DNA of 63,839 nt, filler included, from Craspedostauros australis (taxonomy: Eukaryota): the NCBI GenBank assembly GCA_030167865.1. It is 8 parts of 8 records of this genome, joined end to end, with 100 filler letters (N's around TTAATTAATTAA, not from the genome) between each part and the next. Parts side by side here need not be neighbours in the genome. Positions count along the whole stretch, not along the records: positions 16,188 to 42,195 come from JALAGF010005684.1; 7 more parts are not named here. One strand, given 5' to 3'. The notes below the pieces were generated by a model. The model made no database searches and had not been told where the DNA came from. It saw nothing but the letters and a program-made list of their open reading frames with translations. Made by a program: the position numbers and the translations under genes. Below, piece after piece: positions 21,501 to 31,755 of the stretch (position 1 is its first letter; each line of letters starts with the position of its first letter).

Positions 21501-24206
21501 GTTCCACAGCAGCATGCGATGTTCTGTTTCTCCGATCTTCGAGAACTCCCTCTGCTTGTGCTTTGCGATGGCGTTGCCAATCTCAAAGTCGATTGAACGA
21601 TCGGAGGATCTGCGATGTGGTGGCGTGCTCGTCGTCTCGACGATGCCCTCCGGAATTGTAAGCCTCGATCTCTCCTTCTCCTTGATCCGCGTGCTCGTCC
21701 GCACACCCTCACGAGGCGTCGTTGTCGCTGTTGCCGCTTTGCCTGCTTCTTGCGTTGTCGTTGTTGCTGCTTCCGTTGCTGCTGCTTCTGCTGCTGCGGA
21801 TGGGGTTGATGGTACCAGCTTGGATGCGTACCATCGAACAGCGGCCTGCTCCTGCACGAACTTCACGGTCGTTTGGTGCTTGCGGTTGGTTTTGGAGCCA
21901 AAGGTGGAGTCAGCGAACTCCGGTTTCGCCCAGCTCGCATCCGCTGCCAAGTCCAGCAAGTCATCGAACAGCTTCTTCATCGATTCATCTTTGCTGTGAT
22001 CCACGGTCTGACATCCCGATGACAGCATGACGACCTCTTCGGAGGCAGTTGCGAAATCCAATCCAGCCTTCTTTGCGAGGACTGCCAATGGGTTGTGATC
22101 GATACCGTGGATCCAGGACGCACCCAGATCCACTGGGAAGGTCGCGGCGGCTGATTGTCTGGTCTCCAGGGATCTTCCGTTCGGGTTTTGCGGTTTGAAT
22201 GTCGTCCTGTCCGTGTGCAAACGGCCTCCCAATCGATCCCGCCCTTCCAGCAGCACCACCTGCGCATCGATGTTTTGCTCCTCGAGCTGACGGATCAGTT
22301 CCAAGCAGCACGAGAGCCCAGCGATGCCTCCGCCCAACACGCCGATTTGGTACCGCTTCGAGGCTCGCGGTTTCATGGGCACGTAGGTCCCCGCTAAGAG
22401 TGCTGCCGCGCTGGTCGTCGCCGCAACACGTGGTGGCGACCTGGATGGTGTCGGCTTTGGGGATGGCGATGGCGACGACGAAGATCGCAGAGATTGTGCG
22501 AGCCTACCTCGTCTCGATCTTTCGTTGGGCGGCGTGGGTGCATCCGTGGTCATGATGTCATCACCTACGGCAGCTGATGGTTGGCGCGACGACGACAACG
22601 ACGATGCCGAAGTTGCAGCGGCGGCAACCGCTCCATCTCCCTGTGCGATCATGTGATCGAGATCTGGAGTATTGACGTCCCATACCACGTTGCCCTGGCT
22701 GTCCTGCTTCATGCTGAGGAGATCGAGGATCTTGCTCTTCGATCCTGTTTGATGGTTGGAGAGAGGGAACCACGGTGGCAAGGGCGTGTTCTGCAAGAAC
22801 TCGTGCATCCCCATGCTCATATGCAAGCCTGTATCGTTCCCCTTGCCCTGGCCGTCCCGTCTCGGCTGTCTGCCGTCCTCCTGTCCAAACTTGAGCTCTT
22901 GGTCCTTTTTGGAGGTGACTGAGAGTGCTGTCGGCAGGACTTCGTACTGATAATAGTAGGGTGTTGCAGTGGCGGGTGAAGCGTCGTTCGCACCCACTAC
23001 AAAGTTCCCACCGTCGTCGCATGCCTTCCATATGCGCTGGGCAAAGTCCGGGTCGCCCTCAGCAGCCTGGTACATGTTGCAGTAGGTGGCGATCAGCACG
23101 CGATATCCCGTGTCCACAACTTGATTCTGCGCGGACGAAGATGATGGTCGCGTCGTCCCTGCTCTCTTGGGTGGGGCCTTTGTGCTGGGAAAGTACTTCA
23201 GCTTCTGGATTGGACGGTTGGGGAAATCCTCCTCTCCGAGTTGTGGCTGCTGTGGTGGCTCGGGAGCAGGCGGAGATGTCCTTTGTCGTTTACGTTGAGG
23301 CGTCTCCTTGGCAATCGATGCAGGTGTGGCTGTGCTCGCTTGGTTTGCTGCATTGGGTGTTCGTGGTGGTTGAACTGCCGCTGCTCTCGCGGTTGCTGCT
23401 GCTGTGGAGGCACTTGGTGTAGATGCTGTTGCGCTTTTGTCCATGGCTTGCGCCGTTGTTGACACTGGCGCTACTGGCAAGGCTTCGCTCGCGGTTGCTG
23501 CATCCAATGATCGTTTCTTTCGAACTGTACCCCCATCAGCAGTATCATTGCCATCACTATCGCTCCCGCCATCTGTACCGTCCTTATCGTTCTGCGTCGT
23601 TTCTACTTGTGCGGCAGCACTTGCTCCAGTACTCGCCGCCACCTGTTGCGCTTGCTCTTGCTTCTGGTGCTCAAGTCGCAACTGCTTGTGATGTTGAAAG
23701 TCGAACAGGACCTTCATGCGCCGGTTGAGATTCAGGGACTGCGCGTAATCTCGGAACCACAGGTCGGACGCCTCTTGCAGAGACGCCTGGTCCACAAGAA
23801 CACCGTAGTATCGTTTGTTGTTCGCCATGGCACGGACGTAGCAACCTTGACCTGTGAATTCTATCCGAGTGCCGTTGTCATCATCATTCTCATCATCTTC
23901 GATGACCTCGCGATCACTCCTTCGTGACCCCTTTTTGCGAGCGTCCCTGGAGCTGCCGCCGCCCACAAATCCAGCATTGTCATCGTCGCTGTTGGTTGGC
24001 GAGGGGTGGTTCGTCGCGGAGGGCACCGATTTGGCCAGCGCGAATGGTTCCTCCACCAGCACTGAATCGAGGTTGGCTGACTTGCGCAGCCCTCCACGCG
24101 AACGTCCGGGACGTGATGATTTGCGTGAGCCTCTCTGCTGGTCATGGATGATAACACGATGGGCATGTGTATATGTGTATGTGTGTAGTATGACGCCAGG
24201 TTTCAA
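18513..24206 (-). CDS. LSD1: LSD1/KDM1-like FAD amine oxidase (putative histone demethylase) with two extended PHD fingers and a PDZ-like C-terminus
   Basis: GGGIAG..LEGRDRLGGR, DLGASWIHG, NIEYA..LSMRHWDSDE..FEGDH, GFGLLNKV, RGCYTY and RLFFAGEHT..HGAMISGLRAA, plus two C2HC+PHD modules. True start uncertain (the ORF begins at TTG; a 5' exon is possible). Confidence 0.85.
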   Translation of the reverse strand: MKPGVILHTYTYTHAHRVIIHDQQRGSRKSSRPGRSRGGLRKSANLDSVLVEEPFALAKSVPSATNHPSPTNSDDDNAGFVGGGSSRDARKKGSRRSDREVIEDDENDDDNGTRIEFTGQGCYVRAMANNKRYYGVLVDQASLQEASDLWFRDYAQSLNLNRRMKVLFDFQHHKQLRLEHQKQEQAQQVAASTGASAAAQVETTQNDKDGTDGGSDSDGNDTADGGTVRKKRSLDAATASEALPVAPVSTTAQAMDKSATASTPSASTAAATARAAAVQPPRTPNAANQASTATPASIAKETPQRKRQRTSPPAPEPPQQPQLGEEDFPNRPIQKLKYFPSTKAPPKRAGTTRPSSSSAQNQVVDTGYRVLIATYCNMYQAAEGDPDFAQRIWKACDDGGNFVVGANDASPATATPYYYQYEVLPTALSVTSKKDQELKFGQEDGRQPRRDGQGKGNDTGLHMSMGMHEFLQNTPLPPWFPLSNHQTGSKSKILDLLSMKQDSQGNVVWDVNTPDLDHMIAQGDGAVAAAATSASSLSSSRQPSAAVGDDIMTTDAPTPPNERSRRGRLAQSLRSSSSPSPSPKPTPSRSPPRVAATTSAAALLAGTYVPMKPRASKRYQIGVLGGGIAGLSCCLELIRQLEEQNIDAQVVLLEGRDRLGGRLHTDRTTFKPQNPNGRSLETRQSAAATFPVDLGASWIHGIDHNPLAVLAKKAGLDFATASEEVVMLSSGCQTVDHSKDESMKKLFDDLLDLAADASWAKPEFADSTFGSKTNRKHQTTVKFVQEQAAVRWYASKLVPSTPSAAAEAAATEAATTTTQEAGKAATATTTPREGVRTSTRIKEKERSRLTIPEGIVETTSTPPHRRSSDRSIDFEIGNAIAKHKQREFSKIGETEHRMLLWNTKNIEYALGANIVDLSMRHWDSDERHAFEGDHVLLPQGYSSVVEHIRKELEKTGPDRFQCHLNYPIGRVEYARKSSTEPHSERDRMSGRIRRLVELSDTCSVSRQDGTQTMYFDFLVSALPLGVLKDSVAKAYDVHTTEKVTFSPNLPFPKRDAIQNVGFGLLNKVYVQFAKPFWRELDVLGDDPVKSVFGNSTGVNPHQYMFFDMGKILGTKDSRPAILMTLISGKEAVACERLTDADMVAQVMSTLREIFSKMEVPEPIAHRITRWGHDKFSRGCYTYLPPGATDQDFHLLKSPINAENDPLTSERSGTMRLFFAGEHTSVLHPSMAHGAMISGLRAAKEIVSAMKSGQREDASLDKNIPMVVYRYENRHEQLTCRLCHKEGSQIREGALLAFQRGARQTLAHSNCAEYSPEVEVIDGKWKNVLRAVTRGRQLECYICGVTGATIGCTAEGCYRIHHFGCAEDTGWRFDRDGKVFLCDLHRQTTNDEVSKGACDRVSMPFFLAHNPASEMICGFCKAPEGTDRDHGLGQLLAFSLSSARQQQVCAHNLCAKYTNIVETKPLESSRMGMEYQNIFAAIRQAKRCNECRKTGATVKCMEDDCYLFYHISCAMESGWKFGRNGKRHFRCITHRFSKSKTHHQKSSGGSGSSSGSPKNRNALATARSASSSPKAKAEAPSTPPRDASATPNGSGSGKTTPTRMATRSSPAYSTRSASRSPQPKSGSEPAPVAAAAAATPSPFKHNLFARFGATVINGNGSNGDGGGGGNDDAEGGGPDTAQDDAATADFVTSTARPNIRFESKAANDDIGGAKESDYESSEDEDGVIDLVSDSDESYHGHDGSGLQVLDLPLASDIPGSKLMVRLERPSREDLWNLTLQVIQDRRRKTASSRLLVASVGPVRESDDKEETSGGVTASSSVQAGAVPDASTVSSTEARPMTMDPMKLQVGDTVVSLNGSRVGSDELKTLRMVLFRLKQEIDIMVEVVRDPNWSNRTSR

Positions 24207-26547
24207 ATCGAGATTGTGCGGAGTAGGTCAGAGCAAAGTGCATATCACACGTGCATGGTGTAAACGGCATGGAGATTGGGTTTGGATGGGCAGTGGTTGG
24301 GTTGGTGTTAGGCTGTTGCCATCAAACAAGATACGCCTACATGCGTCGAGTATCCACAAGCTATGCGTGTGATGCGATTACTCCTGTGGCGCCATACTTT
24401 TCCAATCCCATCCCATGATCTGACGCAAACAACGAATGGCACGCTCGGTGCACTTGTAGCTTGTCACACTCTCTCTCTCTCTCTCTCCAGAACGCGCATA
24501 GTACGAGAGTCTATTGAATGATGCTCTAGGTCATTGGCATATCGTGGAATGACCACATGTGGGTGCTGTCGTGAGTCGGTGCTGTGACATCTAATACGTA
24601 AGATAGTTCCAGAAAGACGCACTTACCTCCGACATGATGGCGAATGGATTCTTTCCAAAATCGTCCTGGGATTCTGGCAGTTGGGGTTGGGGGGAGTTGG
24701 GTAACTGGATGGATCGACGTTAGGGATCTCGTGAGTTGCAGATTCGGTACGGGTACGATTCCAGAGTGTCGCCCCTATGCATGGATACTGGGTCTCAGCA
24801 ACACGGTGAGAGTTAGAAGATAGCAAAGGTGACGAGCCAGCGAGAGAGAGAGAGAGGCATCACTTGCAAGTCTTCGCAGGGGTGACGGAGGTGATGGTGA
24901 TGACCGTCACGCCATGGTGGATGCTCCCGTTTGCCACTTTTTCGTGGGTGGTCTTCACGGTGGTGGTTTCTCTCTTGTCTTGTGTGCACAAAAGCGAACT
25001 TGGACAGAGGAGGGAATTTCCGTGGAGAGGAATCGTAGTTTTCGTTGTTGTTGGAGGGAGCTGACGAAGAACGACAAATTGATGTACTCGTGATTAAATC
25101 AGTCTTGTATAAAACACATAATTGTAAATTCGAAGTAGTCGATTGTTCGAAACAACGAGTCGTGTATTACTGTCAACCACGTTTGGATTCGAAACAAGAT
25201 CGACATGAAACAAGACGCGCACCAAACACGTTTTCGGTTGTGCTGTGTTGGACTGCGGTTCTGCTGTCTACGGGCTCTCTGACAAGAGAGAGAGAGAGAG
25301 AGAGAGGATACTGAATGCTGTCAGCATTCTTCTCCTTCCTCCCGCACACCCTCCAAGCTGCATCATAGAATATTCTATTTTATGACATAATAGCTCGATG
25401 CACTCTCTTGTTATATGTTCCAGGTATCACATCTACTAGTACCATATGATTGAGTTCTTCGCCAGGTTCGGGAGTCGGGAGGTTGGCGGATGAATGTCGC
25501 TGGTCATGAATTGGGGGTACTGGTGAGTTCCGCTCTCTGCACCGGTTGTCGAACTATCAGCGTTCATGGTATGTGTATTGGTACGTACATGCACGCCAAG
25601 AGGTGACAGATGTTCGCTAACCAAGATTGAGCATCATCGTATTGTGTATACGAGCTATGATACGAGTGCAAGCATTCCGCTTGACGTTGACCAGTACTCC
25701 TCGAATTGGTCTTGGAAGTGATTCGAAATGGGAGAAGACATCGCGTCGTATTTTCGATGCCTGTCTCAGATGCGAGTTTTAATATCATTATGATACAAAG
25801 AGCCAATGTTTCCAATCACAAGAGATTCAATCAGTCCACCACCCCATTGCTTGCACGAGTATTATAATAGTGTATTACTTCCCAAGGGCTCTCACCCTGC
25901 TTTGGAGGGGAACTGTCCCTCTCACGAAGTGTGCGGCTCCGCCTCCGAGAATGGAAGAGAACAAACAGGCTACCAACAAAAGGTGTGGAAGTCCATGGTG
26001 AAAAAGAATTATATCATTGTTTTTCATATCATTCTTGCTGCCGTTCCAACAATCAAAAACTCGATAATGAAGAGCCATCGTTTGTCAGTTCTGTATGTTT
26101 TTGTTCGTTACCGAGCGGACAGTCAAAAAGTACTCATACTCTCGCTGATGATGAGATGCACGTTCTCTTTCGTCTCGTTTTAGCCAACCTGTTCTGCTAA
26201 AATGTGTTGTTCGGGTCGAAACGGAAGAATGACAGTAGTTAATTTGCCAACGGCCTGCACAATTTGAGTGTTATTGTAATACACCTTAGATCCTCCAATC
26301 GGAGGGAGAAGAGGAAAAAGACAGGCAACAAGAGAGAAAGCTGAGCAAAAGCTGCCCAGGCGATGTCAGTCCCCATGACGCCTTGCCCTCTTCGTCGCGC
26401 TGTTGCCACAAGCAGGGGCCTGAAGATCAACAGAAGCTGTCCGAACGCATCTGCACCTCTCCATAAATCCAAAGTGGAGCAAGTCCTCAGGCACTTTCAC
26501 ATCCAGACAATCAATCATCCACAATCGAACCAACATCAACAGTCACC

Positions 26548-29500
26548 ATGATGACTCCTGACAGCACTAGCAATAGCATCAACAATGGCGCCAACAATGG
26601 CGGCAACAACAGCGTCGATGATCCCAGCAGCGTGAACAGGAACATCCGCACGATCCACGTTCACGTGGACGGCATGATGTGCCAGAAGAACTGCGGGTCG
26701 ACCGTCCAGAAGGCGCTGCAGCACTTCGTCCCGCATTGTGCACAAGCCGCTTCGTCGTTCCAGGAATCGCGCGCGTGGCTGACGGTGGACGATGCGACGA
26801 ACGATGCCTCGCGGCAGCAGCTGCTATCGAGCGCGATCGAAGAGATCGGCGATGTGGGATTCCGTGCGCAGTCAGCTTCCTTCGTCGTCCACCTGCGCGT
26901 GGAGGGCATGATGTGCCAGAAGAACTGCGGCACGACCGTGCAGAACGCGCTGCTGCGCATGGCGTTCGAGGATGCGGCGCTGCAGTCGTCCTTTCATGTT
27001 GTGCATGCGGCATCGTCCTTCAAGGAGTCCCGAGCATGGTTGCTGGTTCGGGACGATGACTACGAAGCGAAGATGGGTTCCATGTTGCCGGCAGAAGCAG
27101 CAGCGTCGTCTGAGGCGCGGCAGTACGCTGCATCCCGCGTCTCTCTCGTCCACAAGCAAGCCCTTGAGGAGATTGGCGATATTGGATTTCATGCCTCTAT
27201 CATCGACGATATCGATCACTACAAAGCGCAGCTTGTGACCGAGAAGAAGCCATCCTCGTCTGATTCAGAACAGTTGGCAATTGAAGTGGAAGAGGCGGCT
27301 GCAGCAGCTCTCGCAGCAGAAGAACAGGCGGCGCCTGCAGATGGCGAGGCGATCATCACGCTGCAGGTCCTGGGCATGTCTTGCGCCGTTTGTACGGGCA
27401 GAGTAGAAACGGCGCTGGATTCTTGCACGGATGTCCACAGCGTTGTCGTCACTCTGCCATTGCATCAAGCAACTATCATCACTTCGTCTCCAATTCCAGC
27501 ATCGGTTCCAGCATCAGCAGCAGCAGAGTTCGACGACAGTCTTGACCCGCTGACAAGTAGCGACCCGCTGGAACGGCTGCGACAGCGAGCCCAAGAGTAC
27601 CAAGCTGCGGTCCAAAATGCAGGCTACGAATGCGCTATCTTGGATGTTCGCACGGCTGCTGGCGATACCGCAGGCAACGGCAACGTCGGTCGATCGCTGG
27701 CGGCAACCGCGCGGCAGCTCGAGGATGCTCGCGTGCAGGAACTGCAGACGTGGCAGACGCTGTTTCAGCGTGCCACCCTCTTCACGATGCCCATCGTTAT
27801 CATCCACTTCGGCCACGTGTCCATCGACGCATGGTTCTTTGCCGACGAACAATCGCAACCAATGCCAAGCCTCACGCTGTGGATCATGATGATCCTTTCC
27901 ACGTTGGTGCAGTTCATCGTCGGCAAGCGATTCTACGTCGCCGCCTACAACGGCTGGCTGTCCAATTCCTACGGCATGGACTTCCTCGTCGTTCTCGGCA
28001 CCACGGCCAGCTACACCTATTCCATGTTTGCCTTCGTCTACATGCTCCTTTGGGGCTGGGGCCATGCCAACGGCACCTCCGACTTCTTGCAAGATTCCGT
28101 GGCCACCACGGTCGGCAAACCCACCTTCGAGACCTCTGCCATGCTCCTGTCCTTCGTCACCTTGGGCAAGTGGATGGAATCGTACGCGAAGGGAAAGACG
28201 GCGAACGCACTGCAATCGTTGCTGCGACTTCAACCCACCTTGGCGCTCAGGATAAGTACCGATCAACATCAAGATCTACAACTTGCGATCGACACATTGG
28301 TCAAGCACAACCACAACAACACCAACGGCAGTAGCAGTAGCAGCGACGATGGCAGAAGCGTCCTCACATTCGAACAGCAACAGCGCGTCTTGCAACTTGA
28401 CACCGACGAAGTCGACCTGGACCAACTACAGGTGGGCGACTTATTGCGCGTGCTGCCTGGATCCAAAATCCCAACCGACGGGATCCTCGTCGCATGCAGC
28501 AGCGGCACTGCCAGCAATGGAACGGCTTCGCGCAGTCCAACGGAAGCATCGAAAACAAAGGTGCACACACCCGTCGCGTACATCGACGAGTCTATGCTGA
28601 CGGGTGAGCCGCACCCGGTTGCCAAGGCCGTGGGCACCAAGGTCTTCGGCTCCACCGTCAACCAGCTCTCCGGATTAGTCATCTGCGTGACGCATGTCGG
28701 TCACGACACCGTCCTGGCCAAGATCTGCCATCTCATGCAGCAGGCGCAGATCCAGAAGGCGCCCATCCAGGCCGTCGCCGATTCCATCGCCGGCATCTTT
28801 GCACCGACCATCATCGTCCTGTCGAGCCTGACATTCCTGGCGTGGATGGTATGCAACTACCAGTGCGACACCATGGTGGAACGCATCGTCCAATCTCTCA
28901 TGTGCGCCATCTCCGTCGTGGTCGTCGCCTGCCCATGTGCCTTGGGATTGGCCACGCCGACCGCCATCATGGTGGGTACTGGCGTGGGTGCGTCGCACGG
29001 ACTCCTCATCAAGGGCGGTGCAGTTTTGGAGGGCATGCATGCCGTGTCCACCGTTGTCTTGGACAAGACGGGCACACTGACCACCGGCGCGGCGGTGCTG
29101 CAGGACACCCACGCTTTGGAAAATGCGCAAGCCCTCCAACGTCTCATCGAACACTTCCGCAACCGCCTGTCGGCTACCCAAAATCCGTTGCGATCTTCCG
29201 AAACCCCGCAAGATTGGCTGCTGTGGATCGCCGCCTGCGCCGAGGTGCAATCAGAACACCCGCTGGCGCACGCCATCGTCAATGCAGCCAAGATGAGATG
29301 GGGCAGCTGGCAGCAGGGCGTCCAAACATCCGAATTCTCTGTTGTGCCGGGATCCGGCGTGGAATGCCACATGAAGGCAAGCGGCTGTGACGACGTTGCC
29401 TTCCGGATTCGGGTTGGAAGCCATTCCTGGACGTCGCCATCAAATCATGCTTCTGCTGCGAACCCGGAAGCGCAAGAAGTGGTGGATCAATTGCGCACCG

Positions 29501-30552
29501 GTGGTAAGATCGGTATCTACGTCAGTGTCAGGGTTGTGGAAGGCAGCGGGGGAACTGTCACCGCCGTCGATGACGAATGGAGCTTGGCTGGAGTCATGGG
29601 CATCATCGATCCCATCAAGAAGGAAGCGGCTTCCTCTATCCGAGCGCTGCAGCGCATGGGCCTGTCCGTTTGGATGTGCACGGGTGATCATGCAAGGACG
29701 GCAAGCGCCGTTGCGCGGCAGCTGGGGATTGATGCCGACAAGGTCGTTTCCGGAGTCAAACCAGAAGGCAAGGCAGCCCTCGTCACGCAGCTGCAGGAGG
29801 AATCTGCCGTGATGCCGATGGAGCTCAAGGCGGATAGCGCCCGCTGGCACGACGGCTTGCTCCAAAGATACCAATCGAAACCACAAGCAGGACGCATCGC
29901 CTTCGTGGGGGACGGGATCAACGATGCCGTCGCTCTGGCACGTGCCGACGTCGGCATCGCCATCGGCGCTGGGACAGAGGTCGCGGTCGAGGCTGCTGAC
30001 ATCGTGCTGGTGAAATCATCGCTGCACGATGTCGTCGTCGCTCTCCACCTTTCCAAGTATGTCTTTCAGCGCATCCGGATGAACTTCGGCTGGGCCATGG
30101 GATACAACATCATCGCCGTGCCCTTCGCGGCCGGCGTCTTCTACCCCTTCACGTCCTTCCATCTGCCGCCAGCATTCGCGGGGCTCATGATGGCATTCTC
30201 GTCCGTCAGCGTCGTCACGAGTTCGTTGCTGCTGCGCCAGTACCGCAAACCGAGAATCCGGAGTGACGGCACGCTGTACTACGATCGAAATGAGATGGGA
30301 TGCTGCTCGCTGTGGACTACAAGGCTGCATGACACTGTCTCGCGATGCTTTTGCAGATATCAGCGGTATGGTCGCGTCGGCGATAGTGATGGCACCATCA
30401 GCGACAACAACAACAACAACAACAACGTGGATTCTCGGTGGCTTGGGGATGCGGGTCAAACCACATATCCGGGCAGCGACAGCGACGCTGAATCATCCGA
30501 AGGCAGCGGAACTGGGAGCGGAAGCGATGGGCCTTTGTTGGAGATGGTGTGA
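26548..30552 (+). CDS. ATP7: P1B-type Cu(I)-transporting ATPase (ATP7/HMA5-like)
   Basis: Three HMA domains (GMMCQKNC x2, GMSCAVC), TGE, CPC, DKTGT, SEHPL, TGD, GDGIND, and YN and MAFSS transmembrane Cu ligands. Confidence 0.95.
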   Translation: MMTPDSTSNSINNGANNGGNNSVDDPSSVNRNIRTIHVHVDGMMCQKNCGSTVQKALQHFVPHCAQAASSFQESRAWLTVDDATNDASRQQLLSSAIEEIGDVGFRAQSASFVVHLRVEGMMCQKNCGTTVQNALLRMAFEDAALQSSFHVVHAASSFKESRAWLLVRDDDYEAKMGSMLPAEAAASSEARQYAASRVSLVHKQALEEIGDIGFHASIIDDIDHYKAQLVTEKKPSSSDSEQLAIEVEEAAAAALAAEEQAAPADGEAIITLQVLGMSCAVCTGRVETALDSCTDVHSVVVTLPLHQATIITSSPIPASVPASAAAEFDDSLDPLTSSDPLERLRQRAQEYQAAVQNAGYECAILDVRTAAGDTAGNGNVGRSLAATARQLEDARVQELQTWQTLFQRATLFTMPIVIIHFGHVSIDAWFFADEQSQPMPSLTLWIMMILSTLVQFIVGKRFYVAAYNGWLSNSYGMDFLVVLGTTASYTYSMFAFVYMLLWGWGHANGTSDFLQDSVATTVGKPTFETSAMLLSFVTLGKWMESYAKGKTANALQSLLRLQPTLALRISTDQHQDLQLAIDTLVKHNHNNTNGSSSSSDDGRSVLTFEQQQRVLQLDTDEVDLDQLQVGDLLRVLPGSKIPTDGILVACSSGTASNGTASRSPTEASKTKVHTPVAYIDESMLTGEPHPVAKAVGTKVFGSTVNQLSGLVICVTHVGHDTVLAKICHLMQQAQIQKAPIQAVADSIAGIFAPTIIVLSSLTFLAWMVCNYQCDTMVERIVQSLMCAISVVVVACPCALGLATPTAIMVGTGVGASHGLLIKGGAVLEGMHAVSTVVLDKTGTLTTGAAVLQDTHALENAQALQRLIEHFRNRLSATQNPLRSSETPQDWLLWIAACAEVQSEHPLAHAIVNAAKMRWGSWQQGVQTSEFSVVPGSGVECHMKASGCDDVAFRIRVGSHSWTSPSNHASAANPEAQEVVDQLRTGGKIGIYVSVRVVEGSGGTVTAVDDEWSLAGVMGIIDPIKKEAASSIRALQRMGLSVWMCTGDHARTASAVARQLGIDADKVVSGVKPEGKAALVTQLQEESAVMPMELKADSARWHDGLLQRYQSKPQAGRIAFVGDGINDAVALARADVGIAIGAGTEVAVEAADIVLVKSSLHDVVVALHLSKYVFQRIRMNFGWAMGYNIIAVPFAAGVFYPFTSFHLPPAFAGLMMAFSSVSVVTSSLLLRQYRKPRIRSDGTLYYDRNEMGCCSLWTTRLHDTVSRCFCRYQRYGRVGDSDGTISDNNNNNNNVDSRWLGDAGQTTYPGSDSDAESSEGSGTGSGSDGPLLEMV

Positions 30553-30600
30553 GATAGTGTGAGATAGTGTGAGATAGTGTGAGATAGTGTGAGATGGTGA
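30541..30600. repeat. 10-bp tandem repeat (GAGATAGTGT) x6 overlapping the ATPase stop codon
   Basis: Directly visible. Confidence 0.9.
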
Positions 30601-30960
30601 GCTGAGTTGAGGTGAGATACATTCAAAACGGAGACGATGTACGAGTGCTCGTACTATGGTAGTATTACACAAGCATGGACGAACAACACCTGAAGGACGT
30701 CGTGTGCAACATCTACGAACGGGATATGGTCCTCCAATCTACTCCTATACTCTTACTCGTAGAATAGAGTGTTCCTTTGCTGATGCGCTCGAGGGAACAA
30801 TGCGAACAACAGCCAACATCGTGATTTTTTGGAGCTTGTCCACAATTCCACTCCTTCATCCTCCGTGTTTGTACTACACAACGGCCAAGTTAACGGCGAC
30901 ACTCGCATTGCAACAGTGCCGAACACCGAGCATCAAACAAGGAACAAAAGAAAGAGCACC

Positions 30961-31353
30961 ATGGAGACCGAGACCAAGGCCGAGAGAGCCGGTCGCGGCG
31001 ACACCAAGCAAGACGAGGTTGAGTGGAAGGTTCCAGTGTTCGGACTGGGGTGCAACACACCCACTCTTGAGGTTTCGGGACGCCCGGACAATCTCCCAGA
31101 TGGAGTCGATGCTTTCCTGTGGGGCAAGCTCAGCTATCACGTCACGCTGGCGCTAAAAACACACTGTGCAGCTGTAGATTCCCTCAATCGGCGGTTGTTG
31201 GGCATCGGGGCATTGCAGTTCCTCTCCATCCTTGCCCTAGCTTTGTTTGGGTGCCTCTCCAATCTGAGGGTGTTGGCGATCGCGATGGGTGGATCCATTC
31301 TTGGTACTATTATACAACATTATTATACTTCCCGAAGCTCTCTGCATGGTTGA
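30961..31353 (+). CDS. Small hypothetical membrane protein
   Basis: ATG after an A-rich leader; two hydrophobic segments near the C-terminus; 3' end uncertain. Confidence 0.35.
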   Translation: METETKAERAGRGDTKQDEVEWKVPVFGLGCNTPTLEVSGRPDNLPDGVDAFLWGKLSYHVTLALKTHCAAVDSLNRRLLGIGALQFLSILALALFGCLSNLRVLAIAMGGSILGTIIQHYYTSRSSLHG

Positions 31354-31755
31354 AGTCGACGAGAACTATGCTGTTTAGGAGAGAGAGAGAGAGAGTTTGC
31401 AGTTTCCCACACTGATTCATGACAGTGTCCCAGCGTTTGTGGTTGAGTTGGTGCCACAGGACTCTTGAAGTTTTGAGTTCCGGAGGTTTGGTACGGGGCC
31501 ATCACATCTCGCCGCACCTTCGAAAACAACAGCTGCAACCGCCGAAGTAAACTCGTACACCCGTGGTACCAGATGGGGTGAGAACAGTGCCGTCCCACTC
31601 CATCATACAGCACTCGTGTTGGTATTCGTGCTCATTTCGTATCTTAGCATAAGTGGTTGTAGCGGTCGTAGCAGCATGTCGACACAAGCGATGTACTTCA
31701 TGTGGGAGATGAAATCCTACTATCGGTATTACGATTGTGTTATTTCTTGTGAGTC

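Noticed and set aside
24468..25306. (CT)n/(AG)n tracts as promoter elements of the divergent LSD1-like and ATPase genes
   Set aside because: Similar microsatellites occur throughout the window, and the sequence alone gives no evidence of function.
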